Source of the DNA: Candidatus Fraserbacteria bacterium
GTDB taxonomy: Bacteria; Bipolaricaulota; Bipolaricaulia; RBG-16-55-9; DRXL01
DNA: 64,000 nucleotides
Direction: 5' to 3'
Assembly: GCA_947085185.1 (NCBI GenBank)
Contig: CAMTVK010000003.1
Span: 96,001 to 160,000, forward strand
Every line of letters starts with the position of its first letter. Positions within the stretch are counted from its first letter, which is position 1. This document shows positions 1-9,188 of the stretch, in pieces. The notes below the pieces were generated by a model that did not search any database, was not told the origin of the DNA, and was given only the letters and a program-made list of their open reading frames with translations. The position numbers and the translations under genes are program-made.

Positions 1-78
1 AATCCCCTCGGTAATGCGACCGTCTACAATGACGCTTGCATCGAGCACGTAGCGCTCGACTCGAGATGCTTCAGCCAT
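1..78 (-). CDS. N-terminal fragment of a PIN-domain protein (runs off window start)
   Basis: Manual translation from ATG at 78: MAEASRVERYVLDASVIVDGRITEGI, matching the PIN first-strand motif (hhD[TA]SVIIDGRI); start overlaps the stop of the upstream GAF gene. Confidence 0.65.
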   Translation of the reverse strand, partial: MAEASRVERYVLDASVIVDGRITEGI

Positions 79-511
79 ATCTCTCTCCTAACAGGGCGGC
101 GACCCTCTCCAAAAATTCTCGGTCTTTCTGAGTGAACGCGTGCAGAGTATCGCTATCAATGTCAATCTCTCCCAGCACGTTCGTGCCCTTCATAATGGGC
201 ACGACGATCTCCGATCTCGTATAGGGAAAGCATGCTAAATATCTGGAGTCGGCGGTGACATCGCCGACGATGACGGTCTTCTTCTCTCGGGCAGCCAGCC
301 CGCAGATGCCCTTCCCTATGGGGATTCTCGTGTGCTGGGTCGCCTCAGGACCATCCCATGCCTTGAGCACGAGCTCCGAGCCCTCAAGCATATAGATGCC
401 GACCCAGGTATAGTGCGCTACGTTCTTCCGCAAGAACGAGACGGTCTTCTGCAGGGCTTGCGAGAAATCGAGCTCAGCAATTTCGTCTGTGAGGGTTGTC
501 AGCAGGTCCAT
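71..511 (-). CDS. GAF-domain protein, free methionine-R-sulfoxide reductase (MsrC/YebR-like)
   Basis: Motifs WVGIY, GKGICGLAA, YLAC...SEIVVP, EIDIDS typical of fRMsr GAF proteins. Confidence 0.8.
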   Translation of the reverse strand: MDLLTTLTDEIAELDFSQALQKTVSFLRKNVAHYTWVGIYMLEGSELVLKAWDGPEATQHTRIPIGKGICGLAAREKKTVIVGDVTADSRYLACFPYTRSEIVVPIMKGTNVLGEIDIDSDTLHAFTQKDREFLERVAALLGERYG

Positions 512-555
512 AGCGATTCAAGCATATCACGAAGCGATGGGGCTGTGCAAGGGGG

Positions 556-1965
556 TCATGGACGGCTTGCCTGCTCGAACGCATACGCCGCCCGCAACAG
601 TTTCGTCTCTTGGAATTTGTCAGCGATGAGCTGCATCCCAAAGGGCAGCCCCTCGACCCTTCCCCCAGGCACCGAGATCGCCGGGATGCCGGCCAAGCTT
701 GCCGGTACCGTGAAGATATCCGACAGATACATAGCTAACGGGTCGTTGACCCGTTCGCCAAGCCGAAATGCCGGCGTCGGCGACGTCGGCGAGAGGATGA
801 TATCTACAGACTGAAAAGCATTCTCGAAGTCTTGGCGAATCAGCGCGCGCACCCGCTGAGCCTTGCCGTACCATGCTTCGTAGTAGCCCGCGCTGAGCGC
901 GTAAGTTCCAAGCATAATGCGGCGTTTGACTTCCGGGCCAAAGCCCTTATCGCGGCTCTCGGAGAACATCGCCTCCACAGAGTTATCACGGGCTCTCTTT
1001 GAGTAGCGCACCCCGTCAAAGCGGGCTAAGTTAGCGCTCGCCTCCGACGACGAGATCAGATAATACGTGGGGATCGCATACTCCGTATGAGGCAAAGAGA
1101 TCTCTACGATCTCCGCACCAAGCTCTTGGAAAGTCTGCACCCACGACTCGACGCGTGCTTTGGCTTGGCCCGATAGATCTGTGATATATTCTTTGGGCAC
1201 CCCCACGCGAAAGCCCGCAATCTCTTGGCCGAGTTCTTGGGTGTAGTCGGCGCAGGGGCGCTCCAAGCTCGTTGAGTCGTTGGGGTCGCGCCCCGCGAGA
1301 AAATTGAGAAGCAATGCGCAGTCGCGCACGTCTTTGGTCATCGGACCGATCTGATCGAGGGAGCTTGCAAATGCTACGAGCCCATAGCGCGAGACGAGCC
1401 CGTAGGTCGGCTTCAACCCGACGATCCCACAAAACGACGCAGGCTGACGGATCGAGCCTCCTGTGTCTGAGCCCAGAGCGCAGATCGCTTCGTGGGCCGC
1501 GACCGCTGCCGCTGAGCCCCCTGAAGAGCCCCCAGGGACGCGCTCTCTATCGTGGGGGTTGCGCGTGGGGAAGAACGCGCTGTTCTCGGTCGAAGACCCC
1601 ATGGCAAATTCGTCTAAGTTGGTCTTGCCCAGGATCTGCGCTCCTGCGTCCTTCAGTCTCTCTATGACGGTCGCGTCGAAGATTGGCTGAAAATCTTCTA
1701 AAAATCTCGAGGCGCAGGTCGTCTTCAGCTCTTTGGTCGAGATATTATCTTTGACCGCGATGGGCAATCCCCGCAGGGGTTTTTCGCGCAATCGCTCGCA
1801 CTCGTGAAGCATGCGTTCTTTTGGGGCCAGCGAGATATAGGCGTTGATCTGGGGCTCGTGAGCCTCGAGAGCGTGATAGAGCTCTTCAATGACGTCGCGA
1901 GGGTGGATCTCCCTTTTCGCTATGAGGTCGAGCAGTTCATGCAGAGGCCTTTCGTTGAGGTTCAT
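556..1965 (-). CDS. gatA: Asp/Glu-tRNA(Asn/Gln) amidotransferase subunit A
   Basis: Amidase signature GKTNLDEFAMGSSTENS, PGGSSGGSAAAV, GSDTGGSIRQPA; GatA-typical FGPEVKRRIMLGTYALSAGYY. Confidence 0.96.
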   Translation of the reverse strand: MNLNERPLHELLDLIAKREIHPRDVIEELYHALEAHEPQINAYISLAPKERMLHECERLREKPLRGLPIAVKDNISTKELKTTCASRFLEDFQPIFDATVIERLKDAGAQILGKTNLDEFAMGSSTENSAFFPTRNPHDRERVPGGSSGGSAAAVAAHEAICALGSDTGGSIRQPASFCGIVGLKPTYGLVSRYGLVAFASSLDQIGPMTKDVRDCALLLNFLAGRDPNDSTSLERPCADYTQELGQEIAGFRVGVPKEYITDLSGQAKARVESWVQTFQELGAEIVEISLPHTEYAIPTYYLISSSEASANLARFDGVRYSKRARDNSVEAMFSESRDKGFGPEVKRRIMLGTYALSAGYYEAWYGKAQRVRALIRQDFENAFQSVDIILSPTSPTPAFRLGERVNDPLAMYLSDIFTVPASLAGIPAISVPGGRVEGLPFGMQLIADKFQETKLLRAAYAFEQASRP

Positions 1966-1975
1966 AAAGATAGAG

Positions 1976-2059
1976 TGCCGAGGGAGGGATTTGAACCCTC
2001 ACGGGATTACTCCCCTACGGTCCTGAGCCGTAGGCGTCTGCCAATTCCGCCACCCCGGC
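1976..2059 (-). tRNA. tRNA-Leu (anticodon CAG), CCA not encoded
   Basis: Reverse complement GCCGGGGTGGCGGAATTGGCAGACGC...TACGG-CTCAGGA-CCGTA...long variable arm...GGTTCAAATCCCTCCCTCGGCA folds as a cloverleaf. Confidence 0.95.
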
Positions 2060-2120
2060 GCCCTTTTAATTTTAACGCAGGCGACTTGGCCTGTCAAACG
2101 ATTTGAGCTATACTGACTTC

Positions 2121-3011
2121 ATGACCGATGAGTGCTTCGTGATCGTCAATCTTCTGGCGGGGCAGGGGCGGTGCCGGCGCCTGTGGCCCAGGATCGAGCG
2201 TGCGCTCAGAAGCTCTGGGCTTTCGTTTCGGCATATATTCACGGAAGCCCCCGGAGCAGCGATCGAGATTGCCCGCCGCGCTGCTCAAGATTTCTCGGTG
2301 ATCGTTGCCGTCGGCGGTGACGGCACCATTCACGAAGTCGCTACAGGGCTCATGGGCACCTCAACGAAATTGGGGATCATCCCCGCGGGCACAGGGAACG
2401 ACTTCGTCAAGATGCTCGGCATCCCCCCCAAAGATCCCATACGGGCTCTCAAGATCCTCCAGGAGGGGAAGACCAAGTCTGTTGACGTCGGTCGTGTCGG
2501 GGAGAGATATTTTGTCAATGGGCTTGGGGTGGGGCTCGATGGGGCGGTCGCGTGGCGGGTCTTTCGCAGTTGGCGTTGGCCCGCTCTAGCTCGCTGGATC
2601 TATCTCTATGCGGCAGTGCGTGAAGCGCTCTGCTTTCGCAGCTTTGAGCTGGAGATTCGAGCTCCGGACTGGCGAGCGTCGGGCAGACTGATGATGGTGG
2701 GCGCGTCCAACGGACGCTATCACGGCGGGGATTTTAAGCTTGTGCCGGATGCCGAGATTGACGATGGGCTCTTTGACGTCTATATGATCACAGATATGTC
2801 TCCGTTGAGGCGCCTGCGGGAGATCCCCAAGACGCGCCGTGGGGAGCATATTGTGCTTCCGGAGGTGCAGATCAAGCGTGCGCCGTGGATCGAGATTGTT
2901 TCAGAGAATGCGTTGTTAGGGCATCTAGATGGCGAGCCTACGGGGTTTCCCCCAGGGGAGATTCGAGTCGAGCTGGTGCCCAAGGCGCTGGAAGTTATTG
3001 TCGGTGGGTAA
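2121..3011 (+). CDS. Diacylglycerol/lipid kinase family protein (YegS/DgkB-like)
   Basis: GGDGTIHEV, IIPAGTGND, NGRYHGG, LDGE motifs; ATG at 2121 chosen because TATACT lies at 2109-2114. Confidence 0.9.
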   Translation: MTDECFVIVNLLAGQGRCRRLWPRIERALRSSGLSFRHIFTEAPGAAIEIARRAAQDFSVIVAVGGDGTIHEVATGLMGTSTKLGIIPAGTGNDFVKMLGIPPKDPIRALKILQEGKTKSVDVGRVGERYFVNGLGVGLDGAVAWRVFRSWRWPALARWIYLYAAVREALCFRSFELEIRAPDWRASGRLMMVGASNGRYHGGDFKLVPDAEIDDGLFDVYMITDMSPLRRLREIPKTRRGEHIVLPEVQIKRAPWIEIVSENALLGHLDGEPTGFPPGEIRVELVPKALEVIVGG

Positions 3012-3015
3012 GATG

Positions 3016-3090
3016 TGGAGCGGGCGACGGGATTCGAACCCGCGACACCCGGCTTGGGAAGCCGGTACTCTACCGCTGAGCTACGCCCGC
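3016..3090 (-). tRNA. tRNA-Gly (anticodon CCC), CCA encoded
   Basis: Reverse complement GCGGGCGTAGCTCAGCGGTAGAG...CCGGC-TTCCCAA-GCCGG...GGTTCGAATCCCGTCGCCCGCTCCA; a TATAAT hexamer lies just upstream on the minus strand. Confidence 0.96.
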
Positions 3091-3143
3091 ATCTAGGGGT
3101 ATTATAGCATGTCCCTCCTGTAAAGACAAGACCCGAGAAAGCT

Positions 3144-4337
3144 TTAATCTTTGCGCAAGATCTCGATGGGGGGGAGCTTGCGCCCCCCTAAAAATTCTAG
3201 TGTTGCCCCTCCCCCGGTCGAGAAGTGAATATTCCTCGCGTGGGCTAAAGTGCTCCGTCGCAGTGCCGCTGCAGTGTCTCCTCCCCCAATAATAGCGAAG
3301 GCGCCCGAACGGGCAATCGCGTGAGCGACCTCGCGTGTTCCCCTGTCAAAGGGCGGCTGCTCAAACCGCCCCAGCGGACCCGCCCACACGATCGTCTTCG
3401 CCCGAGCGACACGCTCTTGAAAGAGTTTGACCGTCTGCGGGCCGATGTCCCATCCTTGCCAGCCGTCAGGGATCTCATGAGCGGAAGCTACAGCGTGCTC
3501 GAGGCTTTCTGAAGATCCCCGCACGATCTGCACATCAGACGGCAGGACGATCTCCGTCCCATGCTCGCGGGCAGCTCTCAAGCACTGTCGGGCTTCCTCA
3601 AGCATCTCTTCTGAGACAAGGGAGCTCCCCACATGAGCTCCTTGGGCCTTCAAGAGGGTGAACGCCACTCCTCCACCAACGAGAAACGCCTCGACTTTCC
3701 CGATCAAGTCCTTGAGCACCTTGATTTTGTCTGTCAGCTTGGCTCCCCCAACAATAGCCAGAAATGGGCGCTGGGGGTTGTCCACGGCCCGACTGAGCAT
3801 GGTGACCTCGCGCTCCAACAGCAGCCCTGCGGCCGAGGGCAAAAACTTCGCGACCCCGTAGGTGCTCGCGTGGACCCGATGGGCTGTGCCGAACGCGTCG
3901 TTCACGTAGCAGTCGGCCAGACGCGCAAGCTCCCCTGCGAATGCTTCATCGTTGGCCTCTTCTTGGGGATAGAACCGAATGTTTTCTAATAAAATGATAT
4001 CTCCCGGTTTCATCTGAGAGATCTGGTGTTGGACTGCTGGCCCAATGCACGCATCGAGCTTTGTGACTGAGCGCTGGAGTAGTCTTTCGAGATGGCGGGC
4101 CACAGGGTCGAGCCGCAGCTCGGCGACGACCTTGCCCTTGGGGCGCCCCAAGTGCGAGACTAAAATGATTTTAGCGCGATGCTGAAGCAGATATGCGATG
4201 GTGGGCAGGCTCTCACGCAGGCGCGTGTCGTCAGCGACGGCCCCGTCTTGTAAGGGGACATTATAATCTACTCGGACTAAGACCCGTTTGTGAGTGACGT
4301 CGAGCTCGCGCAGGCTACGCAACACTCTATATTCCAC
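3144..4337 (-). CDS. pgk: Phosphoglycerate kinase
   Basis: VRVDYNVP, SHLGRP, LLENIRF, NDAFGTAHR, GGGDT, HFSTGGGA motifs. Confidence 0.96.
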   Translation of the reverse strand: MEYRVLRSLRELDVTHKRVLVRVDYNVPLQDGAVADDTRLRESLPTIAYLLQHRAKIILVSHLGRPKGKVVAELRLDPVARHLERLLQRSVTKLDACIGPAVQHQISQMKPGDIILLENIRFYPQEEANDEAFAGELARLADCYVNDAFGTAHRVHASTYGVAKFLPSAAGLLLEREVTMLSRAVDNPQRPFLAIVGGAKLTDKIKVLKDLIGKVEAFLVGGGVAFTLLKAQGAHVGSSLVSEEMLEEARQCLRAAREHGTEIVLPSDVQIVRGSSESLEHAVASAHEIPDGWQGWDIGPQTVKLFQERVARAKTIVWAGPLGRFEQPPFDRGTREVAHAIARSGAFAIIGGGDTAAALRRSTLAHARNIHFSTGGGATLEFLGGRKLPPIEILRKD

Positions 4338-4842
4338 CCTCGGAGACGAACTTCTTGAAATCGGCGAGCCTCATCTCGCTCTCGACGAAGGCCCTGAAGC
4401 GGTCTTCGTTCTCTTGGGTATCGCCGTGATCTTCGGGGGCAGGCATCTCCACCGCAGCGACCTGGAAGACTTCTTCGGAGATATAGATGGGGCTGCCGCA
4501 TCTTAGAGCGATGGCGATGGAATCGGAAGGCCGCGCATCGATCTCGTGCACGGTGCCGGCCTGATCGCGGACGTGGAGCGTGGCAAAGTACGTAGAATCT
4601 TGAATGCTATCGATCACGACCATATCGAGGTCGCCGCCCAGAGATTTTAAGATCGCTTTCACAAGATCGTGGGCCAGGGGACGGGGAAACTCTTTCTGCT
4701 GCATGATCATGGCGATAGAAGTGGCCTCGGGCTGTCCGATCCAGACGGGCACGACCTTGCCAGACTGCGGGTCGCGCAGCAACAGCACCGGCATATTCTG
4801 CGTGGGGTCCATCACCAGCGCTCTGACTTCAACTTCGCGCAT
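4327..4842 (-). CDS. Bifunctional nuclease family protein (DUF151)
   Basis: PVWIGQPEA, RPLAHDL, IDARPSDSIAIAL motifs. Confidence 0.9.
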   Translation of the reverse strand: MREVEVRALVMDPTQNMPVLLLRDPQSGKVVPVWIGQPEATSIAMIMQQKEFPRPLAHDLVKAILKSLGGDLDMVVIDSIQDSTYFATLHVRDQAGTVHEIDARPSDSIAIALRCGSPIYISEEVFQVAAVEMPAPEDHGDTQENEDRFRAFVESEMRLADFKKFVSEGGI

Positions 4843-4881
4843 CGCACACCCTCCTCTCTACTGGAGTCTTGTGACACGCTG

Positions 4882-4967
4882 ATTATAACACGTCCCCCCC
4901 GCAGTGACAAAATGGCCCCGATTACATTCAGGGGGGCCTTGTCAAAGTCTGCTCAAAAGATTATACT
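4882..4967. promoter_or_regulatory. Divergent sigma70-type promoters for DUF151-pgk and glmS
   Basis: Minus strand TTGTCA(4910-4905)-17-TATAAT(4887-4882); plus strand TTGTCA(4939-4944)-17-TATACT(4962-4967). Confidence 0.7.
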
Positions 4968-4976
4968 CAGAGCCGT

Positions 4977-6809
4977 ATGTGCGGGATCGTCGGCTATGTG
5001 GGGACTCGCCCCGCCAAAGACTTGCTGCTTGAGGCGTTACACAAGCTCGAGTACCGAGGGTACGATTCGGCGGGGATCGCCCTTGTAGAGGGCGATCGTC
5101 TCTATCTTGAGAAGAGCGCAGGGAAAGTCAGCGAGCTGGCAAGACGGCTCACTGCGAGAGTCTCGCATGCGACCGTGGGGCTGGGCCACACCCGCTGGGC
5201 CACCCACGGCCCCCCAACAGACAAAAATGCCCACCCCCACTGCGATTGCCACCAAAGAATCGCTGTGATTCATAATGGGATCATAGAAAACTATCTGCCC
5301 TTCAAAGAAGAACTGACGCGTCGGGGGCATCTCTTTCGCTCCGAGACGGACTCCGAAGTGATCGCTCATCTCATTGAGGAGCACTATGATGGGAAGGATC
5401 TCAAAGAGGCCGTGCGTGCGGCGCTGCAGCACGTGCGCGGCGCGTACGCGATCGCGGTCATCGCCAAAGATTCCCCAGACGAAGTGGTGGTCGCGCGCCA
5501 GGGGAGCCCCTTGGTGCTGGGCTTGGGCCAGCACGAAAACTTCGCGGCCTCCGATATCCCCGCGCTCCTGAACTTCACCCGAACAGTGCTCTTCCTCAAC
5601 GACGGCGAGCTGGCCCTCTTAACAAGAGACTCTGTCGAGATCTTTGACTTCGCTGGACATGCGATCAGTCGCGCCCCCACACGCATCGAGTGGGACGTCT
5701 TGACTGCCCAAAAACAGGGCTATAAGCACTTCATGCTCAAGGAGATCCATGAGCAAAGCGCAGCCGTCGCCCATACCCTGCAGAATCGCTACGAGCTCTC
5801 TTCCGGGAAGATCGTGCTTGCGGAGCTGGCAGAGCTCACCGAAGAGATTCAGCGCGCTCAGATGGTCTATTTAGTAGCAATGGGAACGGCATACTACGCC
5901 GGGCTGACGGCAAAATATCTCTGGCGCGAGTTTTTTAGAATCCCCATCGCCGTAGAGCTCGCCTCGGAGTTCCGCTACAGCAAGCCGTATCTGGACAGAA
6001 ATACTCTGGTCATCGCGATCTCGCAGTCAGGAGAGACCGCCGACACTTTGGGAGCGGTGCGCTTGGCCCGCGACCAGGGAGCTGCGGTGCTCTCGCTCGT
6101 CAATGTCGTGGGCTCGACGCTCACCCGCGAGTCGGATGCGACGCTCTACACCCACGCCGGCCCAGAGATCGGGGTCGCCTCAACGAAAGCGTTCTGCGCG
6201 CAAGTGGCAGCCCTCAATCTCTTGGGATTCGCTATAGCGCAATCGCGAGGCTGGCTCTCCCCAGCCCAGACCCGTCCAGCGTTAGAGAGCTTAGTCTGCG
6301 GGCCGGCCCTCATCGAGAAGCTCCTCCAACAAGAGAGAGAGATCGCGCGCTTGGCCCAGATCTTCTACGAGAAAGAGCACTTTCTCTTTCTGGGGCGCGA
6401 TCTGCTCTACCCCATCGCGCTGGAGGGGGCGCTCAAGCTCAAAGAGATCTCGTACATTCACGCCGAGGGCTACGCCGCCGGAGAGCTCAAGCACGGCCCG
6501 ATCGCGCTCATTGACGCCGCGATGCCTACGGTCGTGCTCGTGACCAAAGAGAGCGTTCCCGAAAAAGTCTGTGCCAATATCGAAGAAGTCAAAGCGCGTC
6601 GGGGTATTGTCATCACGGTCACCGATCACATAACAAAAGAGATCGAGCGCGTCTCGGACTTTCTTGTAGAGATCCCGCAGAGTTCGCGCTGGCTGGCCCC
6701 GATGCTCTTCGTCGTGCCCCTGCAGCTCTTTGCGTATCACATCGCGGACCTGCGGGGCACCGACGTGGACCAGCCCAGAAACTTAGCCAAGAGCGTCACG
6801 GTGGAGTAG
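4977..6809 (+). CDS. glmS: Glutamine--fructose-6-phosphate aminotransferase
   Basis: MCGIVG N-terminus, EYRGYDSAG, GHTRWATHG, SQSGETADT, C-terminal DQPRNLAKSVTVE. Confidence 0.98.
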   Translation: MCGIVGYVGTRPAKDLLLEALHKLEYRGYDSAGIALVEGDRLYLEKSAGKVSELARRLTARVSHATVGLGHTRWATHGPPTDKNAHPHCDCHQRIAVIHNGIIENYLPFKEELTRRGHLFRSETDSEVIAHLIEEHYDGKDLKEAVRAALQHVRGAYAIAVIAKDSPDEVVVARQGSPLVLGLGQHENFAASDIPALLNFTRTVLFLNDGELALLTRDSVEIFDFAGHAISRAPTRIEWDVLTAQKQGYKHFMLKEIHEQSAAVAHTLQNRYELSSGKIVLAELAELTEEIQRAQMVYLVAMGTAYYAGLTAKYLWREFFRIPIAVELASEFRYSKPYLDRNTLVIAISQSGETADTLGAVRLARDQGAAVLSLVNVVGSTLTRESDATLYTHAGPEIGVASTKAFCAQVAALNLLGFAIAQSRGWLSPAQTRPALESLVCGPALIEKLLQQEREIARLAQIFYEKEHFLFLGRDLLYPIALEGALKLKEISYIHAEGYAAGELKHGPIALIDAAMPTVVLVTKESVPEKVCANIEEVKARRGIVITVTDHITKEIERVSDFLVEIPQSSRWLAPMLFVVPLQLFAYHIADLRGTDVDQPRNLAKSVTVE

Positions 6810-6811
6810 CT

Positions 6812-8692
6812 ATGACGTGCGCTTGGACGCCTTCCCAAGAGTACATCGAGCGCAGCAACATCTGGCGCTTCATGCAAAGATATCATATCCCAGACTACGC
6901 CGAGCTGGTGCGGCGCTCTCAAGAAGACCTTGAATGGTTCTGGGACGCCGTGGTGAAAGACCTCCAGATCGAGTTCTTCGAGCCCTACCAACGAGTGCTC
7001 GAGATCTCTGGAGGGATTGCGTGGGCCCGATGGTTTGTGGGCGGGAAGATCAATATCGCCCATAACTGCGTAGACAGGCACGCCCGAGCTCGCCCCGAGA
7101 AGATCGCGCTCATCTGGGAGGGCGAAGACGGCACAGTCCGGCGCGTCACCTACCGCGAGCTCTCTAGGGAGACGAATCGTCTCGCGAGCGCCCTCAAGAG
7201 ATGGGGCATAGAGAAGGGCGATCGGGTCGGGATCTTTATGCCGATGGTGCCCGAAACGGTCATGGCCATGATGGCCTGCGCCAAGATCGGTGCGATCTTC
7301 ACCCCGATATTTTCTGGGTTTGGGGCCCAAGCTGTGGCTGCGCGCCTGAACGACTGCGAGGCGAAGCTCTTGCTCACTGTGGAGAGCTTTTCGCGCAAGG
7401 GGGCTCGCATCGAGATGGGCCAGATCGCGCAAGAGGCCGTGGCGATCTGCCCCACGGTCAAAGACGTGCTGGACCTCTCCCCCGGCAAGGGCCCGCAGGG
7501 TCGGTCAGAATGCCCCACCGAACCCATGGACTCCGAAGACCCCTTTATGATCATCTACACGTCGGGGACGACGGGGCGCCCCAAGGGCGCGGTCCACGTC
7601 CATGGCGGATTTTTGGTCAAAGTCGCCCAAGAAGTCGCGCACCAAGTGGACCTGCACGATGACGATATTCTCTACTGGGTGACGGACATGGGGTGGATCA
7701 TGGGCCCCTGGGAGATCGTGGGGGGTCTCTCTTTAGGCGGAACTGTCTTGCTCTACGAGGGTGCTCCCGACTATCCCAGCGTGGACAGACTCTGGGCGAT
7801 GGTCGAGCGCCACAAGATCTCGATCTTGGGGGTCTCGCCCACGCTTATACGGGCGCTGATGAAGTTTGGTGAGGAGCCTGTCAAACGGCATGACTTGAGG
7901 AGTCTGAGGATCTTAGGTGCGACGGGGGAGCCGTGGAACCCTGACCCGTGGTGGTGGTTCTTTCGCACGGTGGGTGGGGGGCGGTGCCCGATCATCAATC
8001 TCTCTGGGGGGACGGAGGTGGGGGCGTGCTTCTTGTCGCCTCTGCCCATTATGCCTCTCAAGCCGTGCACCTTGGGTGGTCCGGCCTTGGGCATGGCGGT
8101 GGATGTCTTCGATCAGGAGGGGAGGCCGTTGCGGGGTGGTGTTGGGGAATTGGTGTGTAAGGGGCCCTGGCCTGGGATGACTCGTGGCATTTGGAAGGAC
8201 CCGGAGAGATATATTCAGACGTACTGGTCGCGGTGGAAGGACGTCTGGGTGCATGGGGACTGGGCGTCGGTAGACGACGATGGCTTTTGGTATCTGCACG
8301 GGCGCAGCGACGATACCATTAAGATTGCGGGCAAGCGTCTTGGGCCGGCGGAGGTCGAGTCTATTCTTGTGGGGCATGGGGGGGTAGCGGAGGCGGCTGC
8401 GATTGGGGTGCCGCATGCCTTGAAGGGTGAAGCGATCTGGTGTTATGTCGTATTGAAGCCGGGGCTCGATCCGAGTGATCACCTGCGTCGGGAGTTGCGT
8501 GAGCGGGTGGTGCATGCGTTGGGCAAGGCATTTGCGCCGGAGCAGATCAAGTTTGTGAGGGAGCTTCCCAAGACGCGCAACGCCAAGATTTTGCGTCGGG
8601 CGATCCGTGCGAGGGTTCTGGGGCAAGATCCTGGGGATCTTTCGAATTTAGAGAATCCGCAGGCGTTAGAAGAGATCGCTCGGGCGGTGTGA
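6812..8692 (+). CDS. Acetate/short-chain acyl-CoA ligase (AMP-forming, Acs family)
   Basis: YTSGTTGRPKG, WVTDMGWIMG, GRSDDTIKIAGKRLG, LPKTRNAKILRR. Confidence 0.9.
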   Translation: MTCAWTPSQEYIERSNIWRFMQRYHIPDYAELVRRSQEDLEWFWDAVVKDLQIEFFEPYQRVLEISGGIAWARWFVGGKINIAHNCVDRHARARPEKIALIWEGEDGTVRRVTYRELSRETNRLASALKRWGIEKGDRVGIFMPMVPETVMAMMACAKIGAIFTPIFSGFGAQAVAARLNDCEAKLLLTVESFSRKGARIEMGQIAQEAVAICPTVKDVLDLSPGKGPQGRSECPTEPMDSEDPFMIIYTSGTTGRPKGAVHVHGGFLVKVAQEVAHQVDLHDDDILYWVTDMGWIMGPWEIVGGLSLGGTVLLYEGAPDYPSVDRLWAMVERHKISILGVSPTLIRALMKFGEEPVKRHDLRSLRILGATGEPWNPDPWWWFFRTVGGGRCPIINLSGGTEVGACFLSPLPIMPLKPCTLGGPALGMAVDVFDQEGRPLRGGVGELVCKGPWPGMTRGIWKDPERYIQTYWSRWKDVWVHGDWASVDDDGFWYLHGRSDDTIKIAGKRLGPAEVESILVGHGGVAEAAAIGVPHALKGEAIWCYVVLKPGLDPSDHLRRELRERVVHALGKAFAPEQIKFVRELPKTRNAKILRRAIRARVLGQDPGDLSNLENPQALEEIARAV

Positions 8693-8759
8693 CCCTTTGA
8701 AAAAGCCTCCTTGTCCAAGTATAATGGCGTCGAACACGCACCCAAAGCTGGGAGGTTTG

Positions 8760-9188
8760 ATGAGCTGGCTTACAAGACGAGGCGTTTTGTTTTTGATATC
8801 AGTCTTCGCGGTGATCCTGGCAGGCTGCCCTAAGGTCATCCCTGGGGTGAACATTCGCATTGAGGAGATTGACGCGCTCTGTCGCAATGCGACGCTCTCT
8901 ATCGTCGGCTTTCAGGGAAACGCAGCGATAGGGAATTTTGAGGCCGAGGTGAAACCAAGTGCTCGTGCAGAGTTTGTCATTCCTCAAGGAATCGTGCGAC
9001 GTATTGATCTTGCACGGCCAGTGCGGCTGATCGTCTCCCTCAAACAAGGAGGAAGTGCTGATTGCTTCTTGGCGAAGCGTACCTTGGTCTTCGAGGGCGT
9101 GCTCACGCAGAAGGGCACCGACCCCCGCACAGGTAATCCCGTCTACGTGCTCAAGTTCTACGAAGACTTTAAGATCGAGTATCGTTAA
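8760..9188 (+). CDS. Putative lipoprotein, unknown function
   Basis: GGAGG SD before TTG/ATG at ~8757-8760; signal peptide with lipobox ILAGC. Confidence 0.65.
   Translation: MSWLTRRGVLFLISVFAVILAGCPKVIPGVNIRIEEIDALCRNATLSIVGFQGNAAIGNFEAEVKPSARAEFVIPQGIVRRIDLARPVRLIVSLKQGGSADCFLAKRTLVFEGVLTQKGTDPRTGNPVYVLKFYEDFKIEYR

Noticed and set aside
1976..3090. tRNA-anchored integrative element
   Set aside because: No integrase and no duplicated tRNA 3' end were noticed in the window.
4843..4976. glmS ribozyme upstream of glmS
   Set aside because: The gap is filled by two divergent promoters and the -10 is 9 nt from the ATG; there is no room or consensus for the ribozyme.
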